A stretch of 63,512 nt of DNA, the filler included, from Actinomycetota bacterium (lineage in GTDB: Bacteria > Actinomycetota > Actinomycetes > JAKEEW01), in NCBI GenBank assembly GCA_046725875.1. It is 5 parts of 5 records of this genome, joined end to end, with 100 filler letters (N's around TTAATTAATTAA, not from the genome) between each part and the next. Parts side by side here need not be neighbours in the genome. Positions count along the whole stretch, not along the records: positions 1 to 25,299 come from JBKOZJ010000065.1; positions 25,400 to 32,785 come from JBKOZJ010000066.1; 3 more parts are not named here. One strand, given 5' to 3'. This document shows positions 17,994-28,010 of the stretch, piece by piece. Each line of letters begins with the position of its first letter. Positions within the stretch are counted from its first letter, which is position 1. A program made the translations under genes and the position numbers. Below the pieces are notes generated by a model. It did no database searches, had not been told where the DNA came from, and saw nothing but the letters and a program-made list of their open reading frames with translations.

Positions 17994-19303
17994 GCACGCA
18001 CTCCGGAGTCGAGGACCTGCTGCGCCAGCTCGCGCCGCAGGTCCTCGGCACGCTCGTCCGGCGCTATGACAGGTTTGATCGATGCGAGGATGCCGTACAG
18101 GAAGCGCTCCTCGCGGCCGCCCTCCAATGGCGAGAACACGGTGTCCCGGCCAATCCGCGGGGCTGGTTGCTGACCGTCGCGTCACGCCGTTTGATCGACG
18201 AACTACGCAGCGACCAGGCCCGCCGGCGTCGCGAAGACACCGCCGCGGCGCAAGTGCCGCGCGACGCGCTCGTCGCCCCGCCGCCCGAGGGCGAGCGCCC
18301 GGTGGCCGACGACACGCTGATCCTGCTCTTCCTCTGTTGCCATCCCGCGGTCACTCCGGCGTCCCAATTGGCGCTAACGCTGCGAGCGGTCGGCGGTCTC
18401 ACCACCTCCGAGATCGCCCGTGCCTTCCTGGTACCGGAGGCAACAATCGCCCAACGAATCAGTCGGGCCAAACAGCGGATCAAGGCCAGCGGTATCCCCT
18501 TTCGCCTGCCCCCGGAGCCGGAGCGAGCCGACCGGCTGCAGGTGGTCCTGCATGTCCTTTACTTGGTCTTCAACGAGGGATACACCGCAACTTCCGGTCC
18601 CGACCTGCAGCGCAGCGAGCTGACCCGGGAGGCGATCCGCCTCACTCGGGGGGTGCACCGCCTGCTGCCAGAGGACGGCGAGGTAGCCGGGCTGCTTTCA
18701 TTGATGTTGCTCACCGACGCGCGGCGGCCAGCCCGCACCAGGCCCGATGGGTCCCTCGTTCCCCTCGAACACCAGGATCGAGCGCTGTGGAACAAAGACT
18801 TCATCCGAGAGGGCATCGCACTGGTCACCGATGCCCTGTCGCGCCGGCCGCTCGGCCCGTATCAACTGCAAGCCGCGATCGCGGCGGTCCACGCCGAGGC
18901 GGCCCGCGCAGAGGACACCGACTGGCCCCAGATACTGGCTCTATACGAACTCCTCGAGCGCATCTCGCCGAACCCGATGGTCACGCTCAACCACGCCGTC
19001 GCGGTCGCGATGGTTCGCGGTCCGCATGCCGGACTCGATCTGCTGGAAACACTGGACGCCGATGATCGCATCGCTGGCCACCACCGCCTCGATGCCGTAC
19101 GTGCCCATCTCCTAGAGATGGCTGGTGATCGCGTCGGAGCACGCCTCAGGTATCAAGCTGCCTCCCGCCGGACTACCAGCCTCCCGGAACGCAGCTACCT
19201 CGAGGCCCGGGCCGCCCGCCTCCGCGACGACAGCCTGGGGTTGCGGGCCAGCCGGAAACGGCGCGAATCATCGAGGGCCGGTTCTGAGATGCTGGACCCT
19301 TGA
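17990..19303 (+). CDS. ECF RNA polymerase sigma factor with TPR-like C-terminal extension (ECF42 type)
   Basis: EDAVQEAL, LLFLCCHP, GGLTTSEIARAFLV, LYLVFNEGY, GPYQLQAAIAAVH; GTGA overlap with the DGPF gene. Confidence 0.9.
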   Translation: MSTHSGVEDLLRQLAPQVLGTLVRRYDRFDRCEDAVQEALLAAALQWREHGVPANPRGWLLTVASRRLIDELRSDQARRRREDTAAAQVPRDALVAPPPEGERPVADDTLILLFLCCHPAVTPASQLALTLRAVGGLTTSEIARAFLVPEATIAQRISRAKQRIKASGIPFRLPPEPERADRLQVVLHVLYLVFNEGYTATSGPDLQRSELTREAIRLTRGVHRLLPEDGEVAGLLSLMLLTDARRPARTRPDGSLVPLEHQDRALWNKDFIREGIALVTDALSRRPLGPYQLQAAIAAVHAEAARAEDTDWPQILALYELLERISPNPMVTLNHAVAVAMVRGPHAGLDLLETLDADDRIAGHHRLDAVRAHLLEMAGDRVGARLRYQAASRRTTSLPERSYLEARAARLRDDSLGLRASRKRRESSRAGSEMLDP

Positions 19304-20703
19304 GCATCGATACGCCGCGGTATGTCGTGCTCGCCTCGGCCGACGGCGAGGCGTTCGCCTCGCTCAGCCGCCGAGCCACCCCGCGGGCCGAGCGCTACGC
19401 GCTCGGGCGCGAACTGCGAGCGCGTGCACCTCGCTCAGCGCTTGCGCGTTGGGAGCCGGGAGAACGGCGGGCTGACCCCGTGGCGCAGATCGCCGCCGCT
19501 AACCAGGGGCGGCTCCCATCACTCGTCCCAGTGCGTCTCGAACGGATGGCCGCCAACCCGTTCGGGTTTCTGCGCGGTTCGGCCGGGATCATGGCCGAGG
19601 ATTTTTCCCGGCTCCCGGCGACCGGAATCACGCCAGTGATCTGTGGGGATGCGCACCTGGCGAACTTCGGCTTCTACGCTTCTCCAGAGCGGGACCTCGT
19701 ATTCGACATCAACGACTTCGACGAGGCGCATCCCGGCGCTTGGGAGTGGGATCTCCGCAGGCTTGCGACCAGCGTGTGGGTCGCCGGCCGGCATAACGGG
19801 CTGTCCGAGGATGCCTGTGCCAGTTCCGTACGCCGCTGCGTTCGCTCCTACCGCGACCACCTTGCGCACCTCGCCGAGCAACCGCTGCTCGGCCGATCCT
19901 ACGAGCGCCTGGACCTCCAGCGAATGCGGGCGAGTGCGACGAGCCCGGCCAGCCGGCGTGCGCTCGAACGCACCGCCGCCCGCGCCCGCAAACGCACCAG
20001 CGACCGGGCGCTTCCTCGGTTCGTCGACGAGACGGACGGGCGTCGGCGTCTTGTCGAAGAACCGCCGCTGATCACCCGGCCTGGTCTAGCCGAATACCAG
20101 GAAATCGCGCACGCGTTGGACGCCTACCTCGGCACGCTGCCTCCCCACTGGGCGCGAATCCTAGGTGGGTATTGGCTGGTCGACGTGGCGCACAAGGTCG
20201 TCGGTGTGGGTTCCGTCGGGCTTCGTGCCTACATCGCTTTGTGCGAGGGCAGCAGCGCGGACGATGTGGTGTTCCTGCAGCTCAAGCAGGCGCGCCGGTC
20301 CGTGGTTGCGCGGTTCGTACATGGCAACTCGGCATGGCACGCGCACCAGGGGGAGCGGGTCGTGATTTACCAGCAGGCGCTGCAGACTGTCAGCGATCCG
20401 CTGCTCGGGTGGACGACGATCGGGCAGCATCAGTACTACGTGCGCCAGTTCCGCGACATGAAGGGCGCGGTCACCGTCGACGGTCTGGACGCCGATGCGC
20501 TCTCCGACTACGCGGGTGTCTGCGGCCTGCTGCTCGCCAAGGGTCATGCGCGTACGAGCGGCGCCTCTATGATCACCGGTTACCTCGGCGGCAGCGACAA
20601 GGCGGACGAAGCGCTTTGTACGTTCGCAGGCCGATATGCGGACCAGACTGAGCATGACCACAGCATGCTGGTGGCCGCCATGAGACGTGGCGCAATGAAG
20701 TGA
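19300..20703 (+). CDS. DUF2252 family protein
   Basis: GFLRGSA, CGDAHLANFG, FDINDFDEA, KVVGVGSVG, FLQLKQA, YVRQFRDMKG, AKGHART. Confidence 0.88.
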   Translation: MSIDTPRYVVLASADGEAFASLSRRATPRAERYALGRELRARAPRSALARWEPGERRADPVAQIAAANQGRLPSLVPVRLERMAANPFGFLRGSAGIMAEDFSRLPATGITPVICGDAHLANFGFYASPERDLVFDINDFDEAHPGAWEWDLRRLATSVWVAGRHNGLSEDACASSVRRCVRSYRDHLAHLAEQPLLGRSYERLDLQRMRASATSPASRRALERTAARARKRTSDRALPRFVDETDGRRRLVEEPPLITRPGLAEYQEIAHALDAYLGTLPPHWARILGGYWLVDVAHKVVGVGSVGLRAYIALCEGSSADDVVFLQLKQARRSVVARFVHGNSAWHAHQGERVVIYQQALQTVSDPLLGWTTIGQHQYYVRQFRDMKGAVTVDGLDADALSDYAGVCGLLLAKGHARTSGASMITGYLGGSDKADEALCTFAGRYADQTEHDHSMLVAAMRRGAMK

Positions 20704-20724
20704 GCAATGGCCCGGCTTGAGCGG

Positions 20725-21207
20725 TCACGCGCGGCGTCGCAGCACCTCGATGAGAAGGCCGGCGGCCGCGGAAACCGTCGCAACTGCCTCGGCAATGGCG
20801 CTGGCTGTCTTCTCGGCGAACCAGACGGGTTCATAGAGGTCCGGCAGGGGACCGAGCTCGCCGACCTCAACGTGAGTGTAGAGAAGCACGGCGCCTAGTG
20901 CGCTGGCTGCAACAAGGAACGCCAGCGCGTAGGCGAGGCGACTCGGCCGGACCAGGACGAGCAGCGCGACCGCGAGCGCCACCGCTGACTCGATCCGGAA
21001 GAGGTCACCGCCCGAGATGGTGCCAGGGATCACGTCGTAGTCCGAGGCCACTTTTAGGTGTACGTAGGCGTCGATGGCGAGCCCCGTCGCCGTGACCAGT
21101 CGTACGAGGACCGACAGCGTCGGCATCACCCAGCCGAGGCGTCTCCGCCGCAGGGTGAACGGAGTGGTCGCGTCGGTCGCCTCGGCAACCGAATGGGGTT
21201 GGGACAT
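20725..21207 (-). CDS. Hypothetical membrane protein
   Basis: Four hydrophobic segments; AYVH, GPLPDLYEPVWFAEK; AGAAGG RBS. Confidence 0.7.
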   Translation of the reverse strand: MSQPHSVAEATDATTPFTLRRRRLGWVMPTLSVLVRLVTATGLAIDAYVHLKVASDYDVIPGTISGGDLFRIESAVALAVALLVLVRPSRLAYALAFLVAASALGAVLLYTHVEVGELGPLPDLYEPVWFAEKTASAIAEAVATVSAAAGLLIEVLRRRA

Positions 21208-21281
21208 TCTGCTCTTCCTTCTCGCATCTCATCGTCCATGCAGGGCGGTTCCGCCGTGGCGGCGGTAACCCACACATCCAT

Positions 21282-21350
21282 TGGTACGCACGGTCGTGGT
21301 TGGCGGTTCATCGACACCTCATGAACCTGGGCAGAGCGCGCCGCGTACCA
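21282..21350. promoter_or_regulatory. Back-to-back ECF promoters (SigL/SigU-like)
   Basis: ATGAACC-N16-CGTACCA on + (21321-21350) and on - (21311-21282). Confidence 0.7.
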
Positions 21351-21413
21351 GCGGATGGAAGGGACGGTCCCAAGCGACCACCATCCGCTACGAGCAACGA
21401 CGAAGAGGAAGCC

Positions 21414-21998
21414 GTGAAGCAGATCTCCACAAGACACAACACCGGATCCCGCCGCCGTGTACGCCTACTGGGTGGCATGGCCACGCTCGCAGCCGTCGCC
21501 GCGCTGATGGCGGCCTGCGGCGGCAATGACTCAGGGAGCGCGGGATCAGGTAGCGCCGGCTCAGGATCGAACTCCACTGCCGTGACGACGAAGGCCAGCG
21601 CCGGGCTCGGCCCGGTCCTGGTCAACTCGGAGGGGAAGACGCTCTATTTCACTGACGAGGAGTCCGCAGACTCGATCGCGTGCACAGGCGAGTGCATCGG
21701 GTTCTGGACGCCACTCACGGCCTCGGGCAACGCTGTCGCGTCCGGGTCGGACGATTTGACCGCGCAGTTCAGAACGATTCAGCGGCCAGACGGCAAGGTG
21801 CAGATCGCCTACAACGGCCACCCGCTCTACACGTTCAAGCTCGACAAGTCGGCTGACGATGTCATGGGCAACGACTTCATGGACGACTTCGAGGGCAAGA
21901 GCTTCACCTGGCACGCCATCACGCCTGCCGGCGAGGCCGCGTCGCAGGCCGGCGACGAGACAAGCTCTCCGTCTTACCAAGAGCCGAACGGCTACTGA
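21414..21998 (+). CDS. Lipoprotein with Yx(FWY)xxD repeats (COG4315-like)
   Basis: Lipobox MAAC; GKTLYF, CTGECIGFWTP, QIAYNGHPLYTFKLD. Confidence 0.82.
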   Translation: MKQISTRHNTGSRRRVRLLGGMATLAAVAALMAACGGNDSGSAGSGSAGSGSNSTAVTTKASAGLGPVLVNSEGKTLYFTDEESADSIACTGECIGFWTPLTASGNAVASGSDDLTAQFRTIQRPDGKVQIAYNGHPLYTFKLDKSADDVMGNDFMDDFEGKSFTWHAITPAGEAASQAGDETSSPSYQEPNGY

Positions 21999-22204
21999 TG
22001 CCGGCGCCGATCACCAGTGCGTGATTCGAGCAGCTGGAGGTCTGGGCGGATCGTCATCTCGGACACGCTGGCCTTGGGGTCGGCCATGCTCCGATTCGCC
22101 GAGGGGACGGAAGAAGACCGACTTCGCCGGCGGTTCGTAGCGCGTACGTTGAGTAGCGTCATTCAACTCAAGTCCCTTTCGACTCCCAAACTAGAGGGCG
22201 CCGT

Positions 22205-23863
22205 TCACCGCTCGCCCCTACCGGGGGACCGCCCGCCGATTGGCTGGGGATGGCTCGGCGACTCTGCGGGTTGGGTCGCGACGTCGCGGGACGGGAGCCA
22301 TCGCAGCACGGCGGCCGCGCCCGCCGCCAGGAGGACAGCCCCGGCGAGCATAGCCAGGCTGAAGCCGTCCATGAATGCGGCCCCGGCCGCCGCCCGAAGC
22401 GACGCGCCGGCGGATCCACCTAGTCCTGCCGCGGCCTCCAGGGCCGCACCGACCGACCGCGTAGCGGCGTCGGCGACGTCCGGGTTCAGGGAGGTGACGG
22501 CTCCACCGATTCCGGACCGATAGCCGGCGTTGGCGAGAGCACCCAGGATCCCGATGCCAAGTGCCGCGCCCACCTGGCGACCGGAATCGTTGATGGCCGA
22601 GCCGAGGCCGGCGTTCTCACCAGGGACGGCGGCCATGACCGCGTCGGTGGCCGGCACGAACACAGCGCCGATGCCGAGGCCGATGAGCAGCAGGGCGGCC
22701 CCTACCGGCCAGTACGACGTGCCTGGCTCGGCATAGGAGAGAGCGGCGAAGAGCGCGGCCACGCCGGCTAGCGCGGCGGCGGCGACGCGGGTCGTGCCGA
22801 TCCGGGGGACCAGCCATTGGCTGACCGGGCTGGCGACCCCAAACCCGATGGCCAGTGGCAGGAACCGCAGGCCGGCCTGCAGCGGCGTGTAGCCCTGGAC
22901 AAACTGGAGGTATTGGGTGAGCAGGAACGCCAGCCCGCCGATGGCGAGGCCCGCCAGGGTTATGGCGACCGTCCCCCATGCCAGGCGGGGGTTCTGGAAC
23001 AGTCGCAGATCCAGCATCGGCTCGCTGACCCTTGCTTCGCGCAGGACGAAGGCGGCGCCAGCCAGCACGGCCAAAGCAAGCGAGCCGATGACCTCTACGC
23101 TGGTCCAGCCACTGACGGGAGCCTCGATAATCCCGTAGACCAGGGATGCCAGGGCCACCACCGAGAGCGCCAGTCCGGGGAGATCTGGACGTGGTGGTGC
23201 AGGATGTCTGCTTTCTGGCACCAGGACCCATCCCGCGGTCAGGGCGGCCAGCGCGATCGGTACGTTCAGCAGGAACACCGAGCCCCACCAAAACTGCTCG
23301 AGTAGCCATCCACCGACGATGGGGCCGAGTGGGATGCCGAGGCTGGCGACGCCGGTCCAGATCCCGATGGCCTTGACCCGCTCGGTGCGGGGGAAGACGT
23401 CCGTGATGACCGAGAGCGTAGAAGGCATGATCATTGCTCCCCCGATGCCCATCAGCCCACGGGCGAGGATCAGTTGCGTCGCCGACCCGGCGTACGCTCC
23501 CAGCACGCTCGCACCGGCGAACACCAGCAGCCCCAGCTGTAGGAAGAGTTTGCGACCAAACCGGTCGCCGAGTGCCCCCATGGTGAGCAGCAGCCCAGCG
23601 AAGACGACGATGTAGGCGTCCACGATCCACTGCAGTCCGCTCGCGGAAGCGCCCAGCTGCCGCTGCAGCGTTGGCACGGCCACGTTGATGATCGAGTCGT
23701 CAATGATGATGATCAGCAGGCTTACTGACAGGACCACCAGGGTCCACCAGCGGCGCCGGTAGGTGTCCGCCCGCGGCAGCCGGTCCCTGTTGCCCAGGCC
23801 GGGTTCGGTCCCGTCCAGTCCTATGGTGGAGCGCTCTCCACGTCCTTTACCGCCTCGCGTCAT
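22205..23863 (-). CDS. DHA2 (EmrB/QacA) MFS efflux transporter
   Basis: LQWIVDAY, GALGDRFGRK, WGSVFLLNVP, MLDLRLF; 14-TM pattern. Confidence 0.92.
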   Translation of the reverse strand: MTRGGKGRGERSTIGLDGTEPGLGNRDRLPRADTYRRRWWTLVVLSVSLLIIIIDDSIINVAVPTLQRQLGASASGLQWIVDAYIVVFAGLLLTMGALGDRFGRKLFLQLGLLVFAGASVLGAYAGSATQLILARGLMGIGGAMIMPSTLSVITDVFPRTERVKAIGIWTGVASLGIPLGPIVGGWLLEQFWWGSVFLLNVPIALAALTAGWVLVPESRHPAPPRPDLPGLALSVVALASLVYGIIEAPVSGWTSVEVIGSLALAVLAGAAFVLREARVSEPMLDLRLFQNPRLAWGTVAITLAGLAIGGLAFLLTQYLQFVQGYTPLQAGLRFLPLAIGFGVASPVSQWLVPRIGTTRVAAAALAGVAALFAALSYAEPGTSYWPVGAALLLIGLGIGAVFVPATDAVMAAVPGENAGLGSAINDSGRQVGAALGIGILGALANAGYRSGIGGAVTSLNPDVADAATRSVGAALEAAAGLGGSAGASLRAAAGAAFMDGFSLAMLAGAVLLAAGAAAVLRWLPSRDVATQPAESPSHPQPIGGRSPGRGER

Positions 23864-23939
23864 GGTCGTCCCCTCCTGGGGCCTTTTCCGGGACTGATGT
23901 GCCTTACCGACCTCTGGTCCCTTAAGGCCCGACAGTCTG

Positions 23940-23962
23940 TTATTGAACTAACTGTTCAATAA
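23940..23962. promoter_or_regulatory. Probable TetR operator
   Basis: Perfect inverted repeat TTATTGAAC-N5-GTTCAATAA between divergent MFS and TetR genes. Confidence 0.7.
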
Positions 23963-24058
23963 TGTTGTAGGCTCACGGGTGACGGTCAACAACCAATCAC
24001 CACGATCCGTCCACAAACGAACACGACCGGCGCAACTGTCCAGGAACAGGAGGCATCG

Positions 24059-24652
24059 GTGACCACTGCCAAAACGGATCGGCGGGTGCGGCGAACCCGT
24101 GAGCTGCTGCGGCGCGCCCTGCTCTCCCTCGTCCAGGAGCACGGCTACGAGCGCATCACGGTCCAGGACATCCTCGACCGCGCCGACGTGGGACGCTCGA
24201 CCTTCTACGCGCACTACCGCGACAAGGACGATCTGCTCCTGAGCGGGTTCGAGGACATCCGCTCGGCCTTGACTGCAGAGCGCGAAGCAGCCCAGCAGGC
24301 GGCCGGCAGAACAAGCGAATTCCTCCAGCCTCTCCTTACCGTCTTTCGACACGTCGAGGCTCACCGACACTTCTGGCAGCCCCTCACGCGCAAGGGCGGC
24401 GCCGAGATGGTGGTCCGGATTCTTCGCGACTACGTCACCGAGCTCGTCCGAGAGCAGTTCCGGTCCCGGTTTCCTGAGCTGCGGAGGAATCAGCCGGAGT
24501 TGGAGGCCGCCGTACAGTTCGTCGCCAGCTCATGCATCGGACTAAGCATCTGGTGGCTCGACAATGACCTCCCCTACTCCGCCGAGGAAATCCACTCGGT
24601 CTTCCAGCGCCTGACTGCCCACGGTGTGCCGGGCTTCCTCGCCGCGTCATAA
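24059..24652 (+). CDS. TetR/AcrR family regulator
   Basis: DRRVRRTR, ITVQDILDRADVGRSTFYAHYRDKDDLL. Confidence 0.92.
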   Translation: MTTAKTDRRVRRTRELLRRALLSLVQEHGYERITVQDILDRADVGRSTFYAHYRDKDDLLLSGFEDIRSALTAEREAAQQAAGRTSEFLQPLLTVFRHVEAHRHFWQPLTRKGGAEMVVRILRDYVTELVREQFRSRFPELRRNQPELEAAVQFVASSCIGLSIWWLDNDLPYSAEEIHSVFQRLTAHGVPGFLAAS

Positions 24653-24699
24653 GAAGTTGTCGGGAGGTAGGAAAGCTGATGCCAACCGGTCCAGCCGCT

Positions 24700-24985
24700 C
24701 CCTGTGGATGCGTGGGTGGCGGCTCTCGTCGTGGCTTCACGTGATGATGAGGACGGCTACAACGGGCTCAGGCACACGACGACGCCGGGGACTCGACCTC
24801 GCCCAACCACCGACGGTGCCCGTGCGGATCGACCTCCCGGCGCTGACCTCATACGTGCTCAACGGCGACTTCGAGGGCTACGTCTCGGTTGCACTTGGGC
24901 TTACGGAGAAGTCCGGCTTCCGGGTCAATGACTACCGAGCGCCGACCGGCCGTTACGTCGTCTACGTCGACGTCGCCGAGCCAGG
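24700..24985 (+). pseudogene. Frameshifted remnant of an AMIN-like domain protein
   Basis: GDFEGYVSVALGL..FRV..YVVYVDVA C-terminal motif; no start or signal peptide; upstream part lies in another frame. Confidence 0.4.
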
Positions 24986-25299
24986 CGAAACCCTCAACCT
25001 GCCGTCCTTGGCAAAGGCGCGATCATGCCGCTGCTGCGTGCTCGTGACTCTCGACCGGGTCGACGCCCTGCCGCTGTCGCTGTGCGTGGACGGATCGGAA
25101 CAGCCAGATTTGCGCTCGGTTCGATCACGGCCGGCGAAGCGTTCGTGCCTCGGATGGAAGTCGTTCGGAGCGGCGAGCAAGTACGGCGCGGACCTTCGGC
25201 TCGATACCAAGGTTGACCAGGGTCGGATGAATCCAACCGTCGGGCTTGACCAGCCCGCCGCCCATTCCGCCAGCCACTCCTTCCCCTATGGCGCGACGC

Positions 25300-25399
25300 N
25301 NNNNNNNNNNNNNNNNNNNNNNNNNNNNNNNNNNNNNNNNNNNTTAATTAATTAANNNNNNNNNNNNNNNNNNNNNNNNNNNNNNNNNNNNNNNNNNNN
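25300..25399. other. Assembly linker
   Basis: N run around TTAATTAATTAA six-frame stop. Confidence 0.99.
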
Positions 25400-25583
25400 C
25401 GGACGCCTCGTCGAGCAAGCCGAAACCGTCCCCGCCGCCAACCTCGTGCAGGACGGCGGCGACCGCCGCAACGGCCAGCACTGCGAGCGTGACCAGGACC
25501 ACGGGGCGCCCAAGCCGGCGGCGGACCCGGCCGATCGGCGGTTCCGGCTCCTGGACCGCCTGACCGGCCCCGTCGTTCGCCAT
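25400..25583 (-). CDS. Hypothetical exported/membrane protein, N-terminal part (cut by linker)
   Basis: GGGGAG RBS, ATG, basic stretch then hydrophobic segment. Confidence 0.5.
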
Positions 25584-25862
25584 ACCACTCCCCTAATCGT
25601 CCCCGCCGCGACACTCCGGGGGACGCGGAGCAGGGTGGGTTTCAGAGGGCTCCCCAGGGCCGGACTCCGCGTCGACCATCCTGACCGCGCCGCGGCGCTA
25701 ACGGCGTCACCCCGCTAGGGTGACGGCAAGACAATCCGGGCACGCATGTTTGAGATCGCTTGGCATCCAGCCGGCCGAGTTCGCGAGGCTGCGGCCCCGC
25801 CTGGTGAGGGTCGCTCGGCGTCGGGTATTGAAGACGGCGCCGCCGCGCACCAAGGAGGAGAC

Positions 25863-26315
25863 GTGGCAAGAATCTCCCGCTATGTGGACGCACCTCCAAA
25901 GCTCGTCTTCGACGTCCTCGAGGATGGGTGGACCTATGCGACCTGGGTGGTCGGTACGGCCACGATCCGGTCGGTCGATCGAGACTGGCCCCGCGCCGGG
26001 AGCCGGATCCACCACGCATCCGGCGTCTGGCCATTTCTGATCAAGGATGAGACCGAGTCGGTTGCCTACCAGCCGGGCGAGCGGCTAGTGCTCGAGGCAC
26101 GAGGCCGGCCGGCCGGTGAGGCTCGGATCGAGTTCACCGTCCGCCCAGAAGGCCCGGGATCGCTGATCACGCTGGACGAAGAGATCGTCGCCGGCCCCGC
26201 GGCCCGGCTCAATTCGAAGGTGACCGACACGCTGCTCAACATCCGAAACCGGGAGACGCTGCGCAGGCTCGCCTTGATCGCGGTGAACCGCGACGAACCC
26301 GGCTCGCCCGCGTGA
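25863..26315 (+). CDS. SRPBCC (polyketide cyclase/START-like) protein
   Basis: VFDVLEDGWTYATWVVG, WPRAGSRIHH, RNRETLRRL; AAGGAGG RBS. Confidence 0.82.
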   Translation: MARISRYVDAPPKLVFDVLEDGWTYATWVVGTATIRSVDRDWPRAGSRIHHASGVWPFLIKDETESVAYQPGERLVLEARGRPAGEARIEFTVRPEGPGSLITLDEEIVAGPAARLNSKVTDTLLNIRNRETLRRLALIAVNRDEPGSPA

Positions 26316-26373
26316 CCGTGCCTCGAGTATGGCGTGGAGCGATCGGCCGTCCGGCCGTGGGTACGACTCAGCC

Positions 26374-27429
26374 ATGACGCGGATAGCGGCAGTGTGTGGT
26401 GTATTGCCGCCGTTCCGCTACGCGCAGGCCGATCTCACGGAGCTCGTGGCCGAGCTGTGCCTGCCGGACTCGAAGGGCGACCGCCGCGCGCTACTCCATC
26501 GCGTACATGCGAATGTGCAGGTCAAGGCGCGACACCTGGTAATGCCCGCACATCGGTACGCCGAGCTCGACGGCTTCAGTGCGGCCAACGACGTCTTCGT
26601 CGAGGCCGGCATGGACCTCGCCGAGCGGGCCGTCCGCGGAGCCCTTGACCGGGCCGGTATCGAGCCCCGTGACGTCGACGTCGTCCTGGCCGTCTCAGTG
26701 ACCGGGATCGCGGCACCCTCGCTCGAGGCACGTCTCGTGCCCAGGCTCGGATTGCGCCCGGACGTGGTGCGGGTTCCGGTGTTCGGGCTCGGCTGCGTCG
26801 CGGGTGCATCCGGTCTCGCTCTACTCCACGAGCTGCTCGCCGGTCGACCGGACGGGGTGGCAGTTCTCATGGCCGTGGAGTTGTGCTCGCTCACCATGCA
26901 GCGCGGCGACTCCTCGATGGCGAATCTCGTGGCCAGTGGCCTCTTCGGTGATGGCGCCGCCGCGGTCGTTGCCACCGGCCGCGAGCGGACCGACCGACGC
27001 CCCATCGTGGTGTCAACCCGCAGCCGCATCTATCCGGACACCGAAGATGTGCTCGGCTGGCGGATCGGCGCCCATGGCTTTCAAGTAGTGCTTGCGCCGA
27101 ACGTCGCCGAGGTGATCGCGGAGAGCCTGCCCGGAGATGTGGACGAGTTTCTCGGCGCTCACGGCCTCGCCAGGCCCGACATCGCGGCGTGGATCTGCCA
27201 CCCGGGTGGCCCGAAGGTCCTCGAGGCGGTGGAGCAATCGCTCGGGCTGTCCTCGGACGCGCTGGTGCGCAGCTGGACATCGCTCAAGGAGGTCGGAAAT
27301 CTCTCGAGCGTGTCCGTGCTGCATCTCCTAGAGGAACATATGGCCGACCCGCCGGGGCCGGGCGCGTATGGTCTGCTCTTTGCGATGGGGCCCGGCTTCA
27401 CCTGCCAGCTCGTGTTGCTTAGGTGGTGA
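26374..27429 (+). CDS. Type III polyketide synthase (SrsA/BpsA-like)
   Basis: GLGCVAGA (Cys), HPGGPKV (His), GNLSS (Asn), LFGDGAAA, AMGPGF. Confidence 0.93.
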   Translation: MTRIAAVCGVLPPFRYAQADLTELVAELCLPDSKGDRRALLHRVHANVQVKARHLVMPAHRYAELDGFSAANDVFVEAGMDLAERAVRGALDRAGIEPRDVDVVLAVSVTGIAAPSLEARLVPRLGLRPDVVRVPVFGLGCVAGASGLALLHELLAGRPDGVAVLMAVELCSLTMQRGDSSMANLVASGLFGDGAAAVVATGRERTDRRPIVVSTRSRIYPDTEDVLGWRIGAHGFQVVLAPNVAEVIAESLPGDVDEFLGAHGLARPDIAAWICHPGGPKVLEAVEQSLGLSSDALVRSWTSLKEVGNLSSVSVLHLLEEHMADPPGPGAYGLLFAMGPGFTCQLVLLRW

Positions 27430-27434
27430 TCCGC

Positions 27435-28010
27435 ATGTGGTACGCCCTCCTGATCGGCCTGGTCGGCCTGGAGCGCGTTGCTGAGCTTGTGGTCGCCGAC
27501 CGCAACCGCCGGTGGTCCCTTGCCAGAGGCGGGGTGGAGACCGGTCGAGGTCATTATCCACTGATCGTCGCCTTGCATACCGGCCTGCTCGGGGGTGCCC
27601 TGGCCGAGGTCTACCTGCTGGACCGGCCGTTCTATCCGGCCCTCGGATTCCCGATGCTCACGCTCGTCGTCGCTGCGCAGGTGCTGCGCTGGTGGTGTAT
27701 CAGGACTCTGGGCCATCAATGGAACACGCGGGTGATCGTCGTTGCGGGCCTAGGCCGGGTGACCGCCGGCCCGTACCGCTTGCTGTCGCACCCGAACTAC
27801 CTCGCTGTCGTCGTTGAGGGCGCGGCCCTGCCGCTGGTCCACACCGGGTGGGTGACAGCCGCCGCGTTCACCGTGCTCAACCTGCCGCTGCTGTGGTGGC
27901 GGATCACCGTCGAGGATCGGGCGCTCGCCGCCCTCCAGCACCTCGACGGCGCGGAACTGGCGAGCCGTCCCCGGGCGGAGACCGACGTCACGGGGAGTCG
28001 CCCTGCATGA
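27435..28010 (+). CDS. Isoprenylcysteine carboxyl methyltransferase family (SrsB-like O-methyltransferase)
   Basis: LRWWCIRTLGHQWNTRV, GPYRLLSHPNY, RITVEDRAL. Confidence 0.9.
   Translation: MWYALLIGLVGLERVAELVVADRNRRWSLARGGVETGRGHYPLIVALHTGLLGGALAEVYLLDRPFYPALGFPMLTLVVAAQVLRWWCIRTLGHQWNTRVIVVAGLGRVTAGPYRLLSHPNYLAVVVEGAALPLVHTGWVTAAAFTVLNLPLLWWRITVEDRALAALQHLDGAELASRPRAETDVTGSRPA

Noticed and set aside
25300..25399. TTAATTAATTAA in N runs, four times in the window
   Set aside because: Artificial contig linker with stops in all frames; ORFs ending in X..LIN are artefacts
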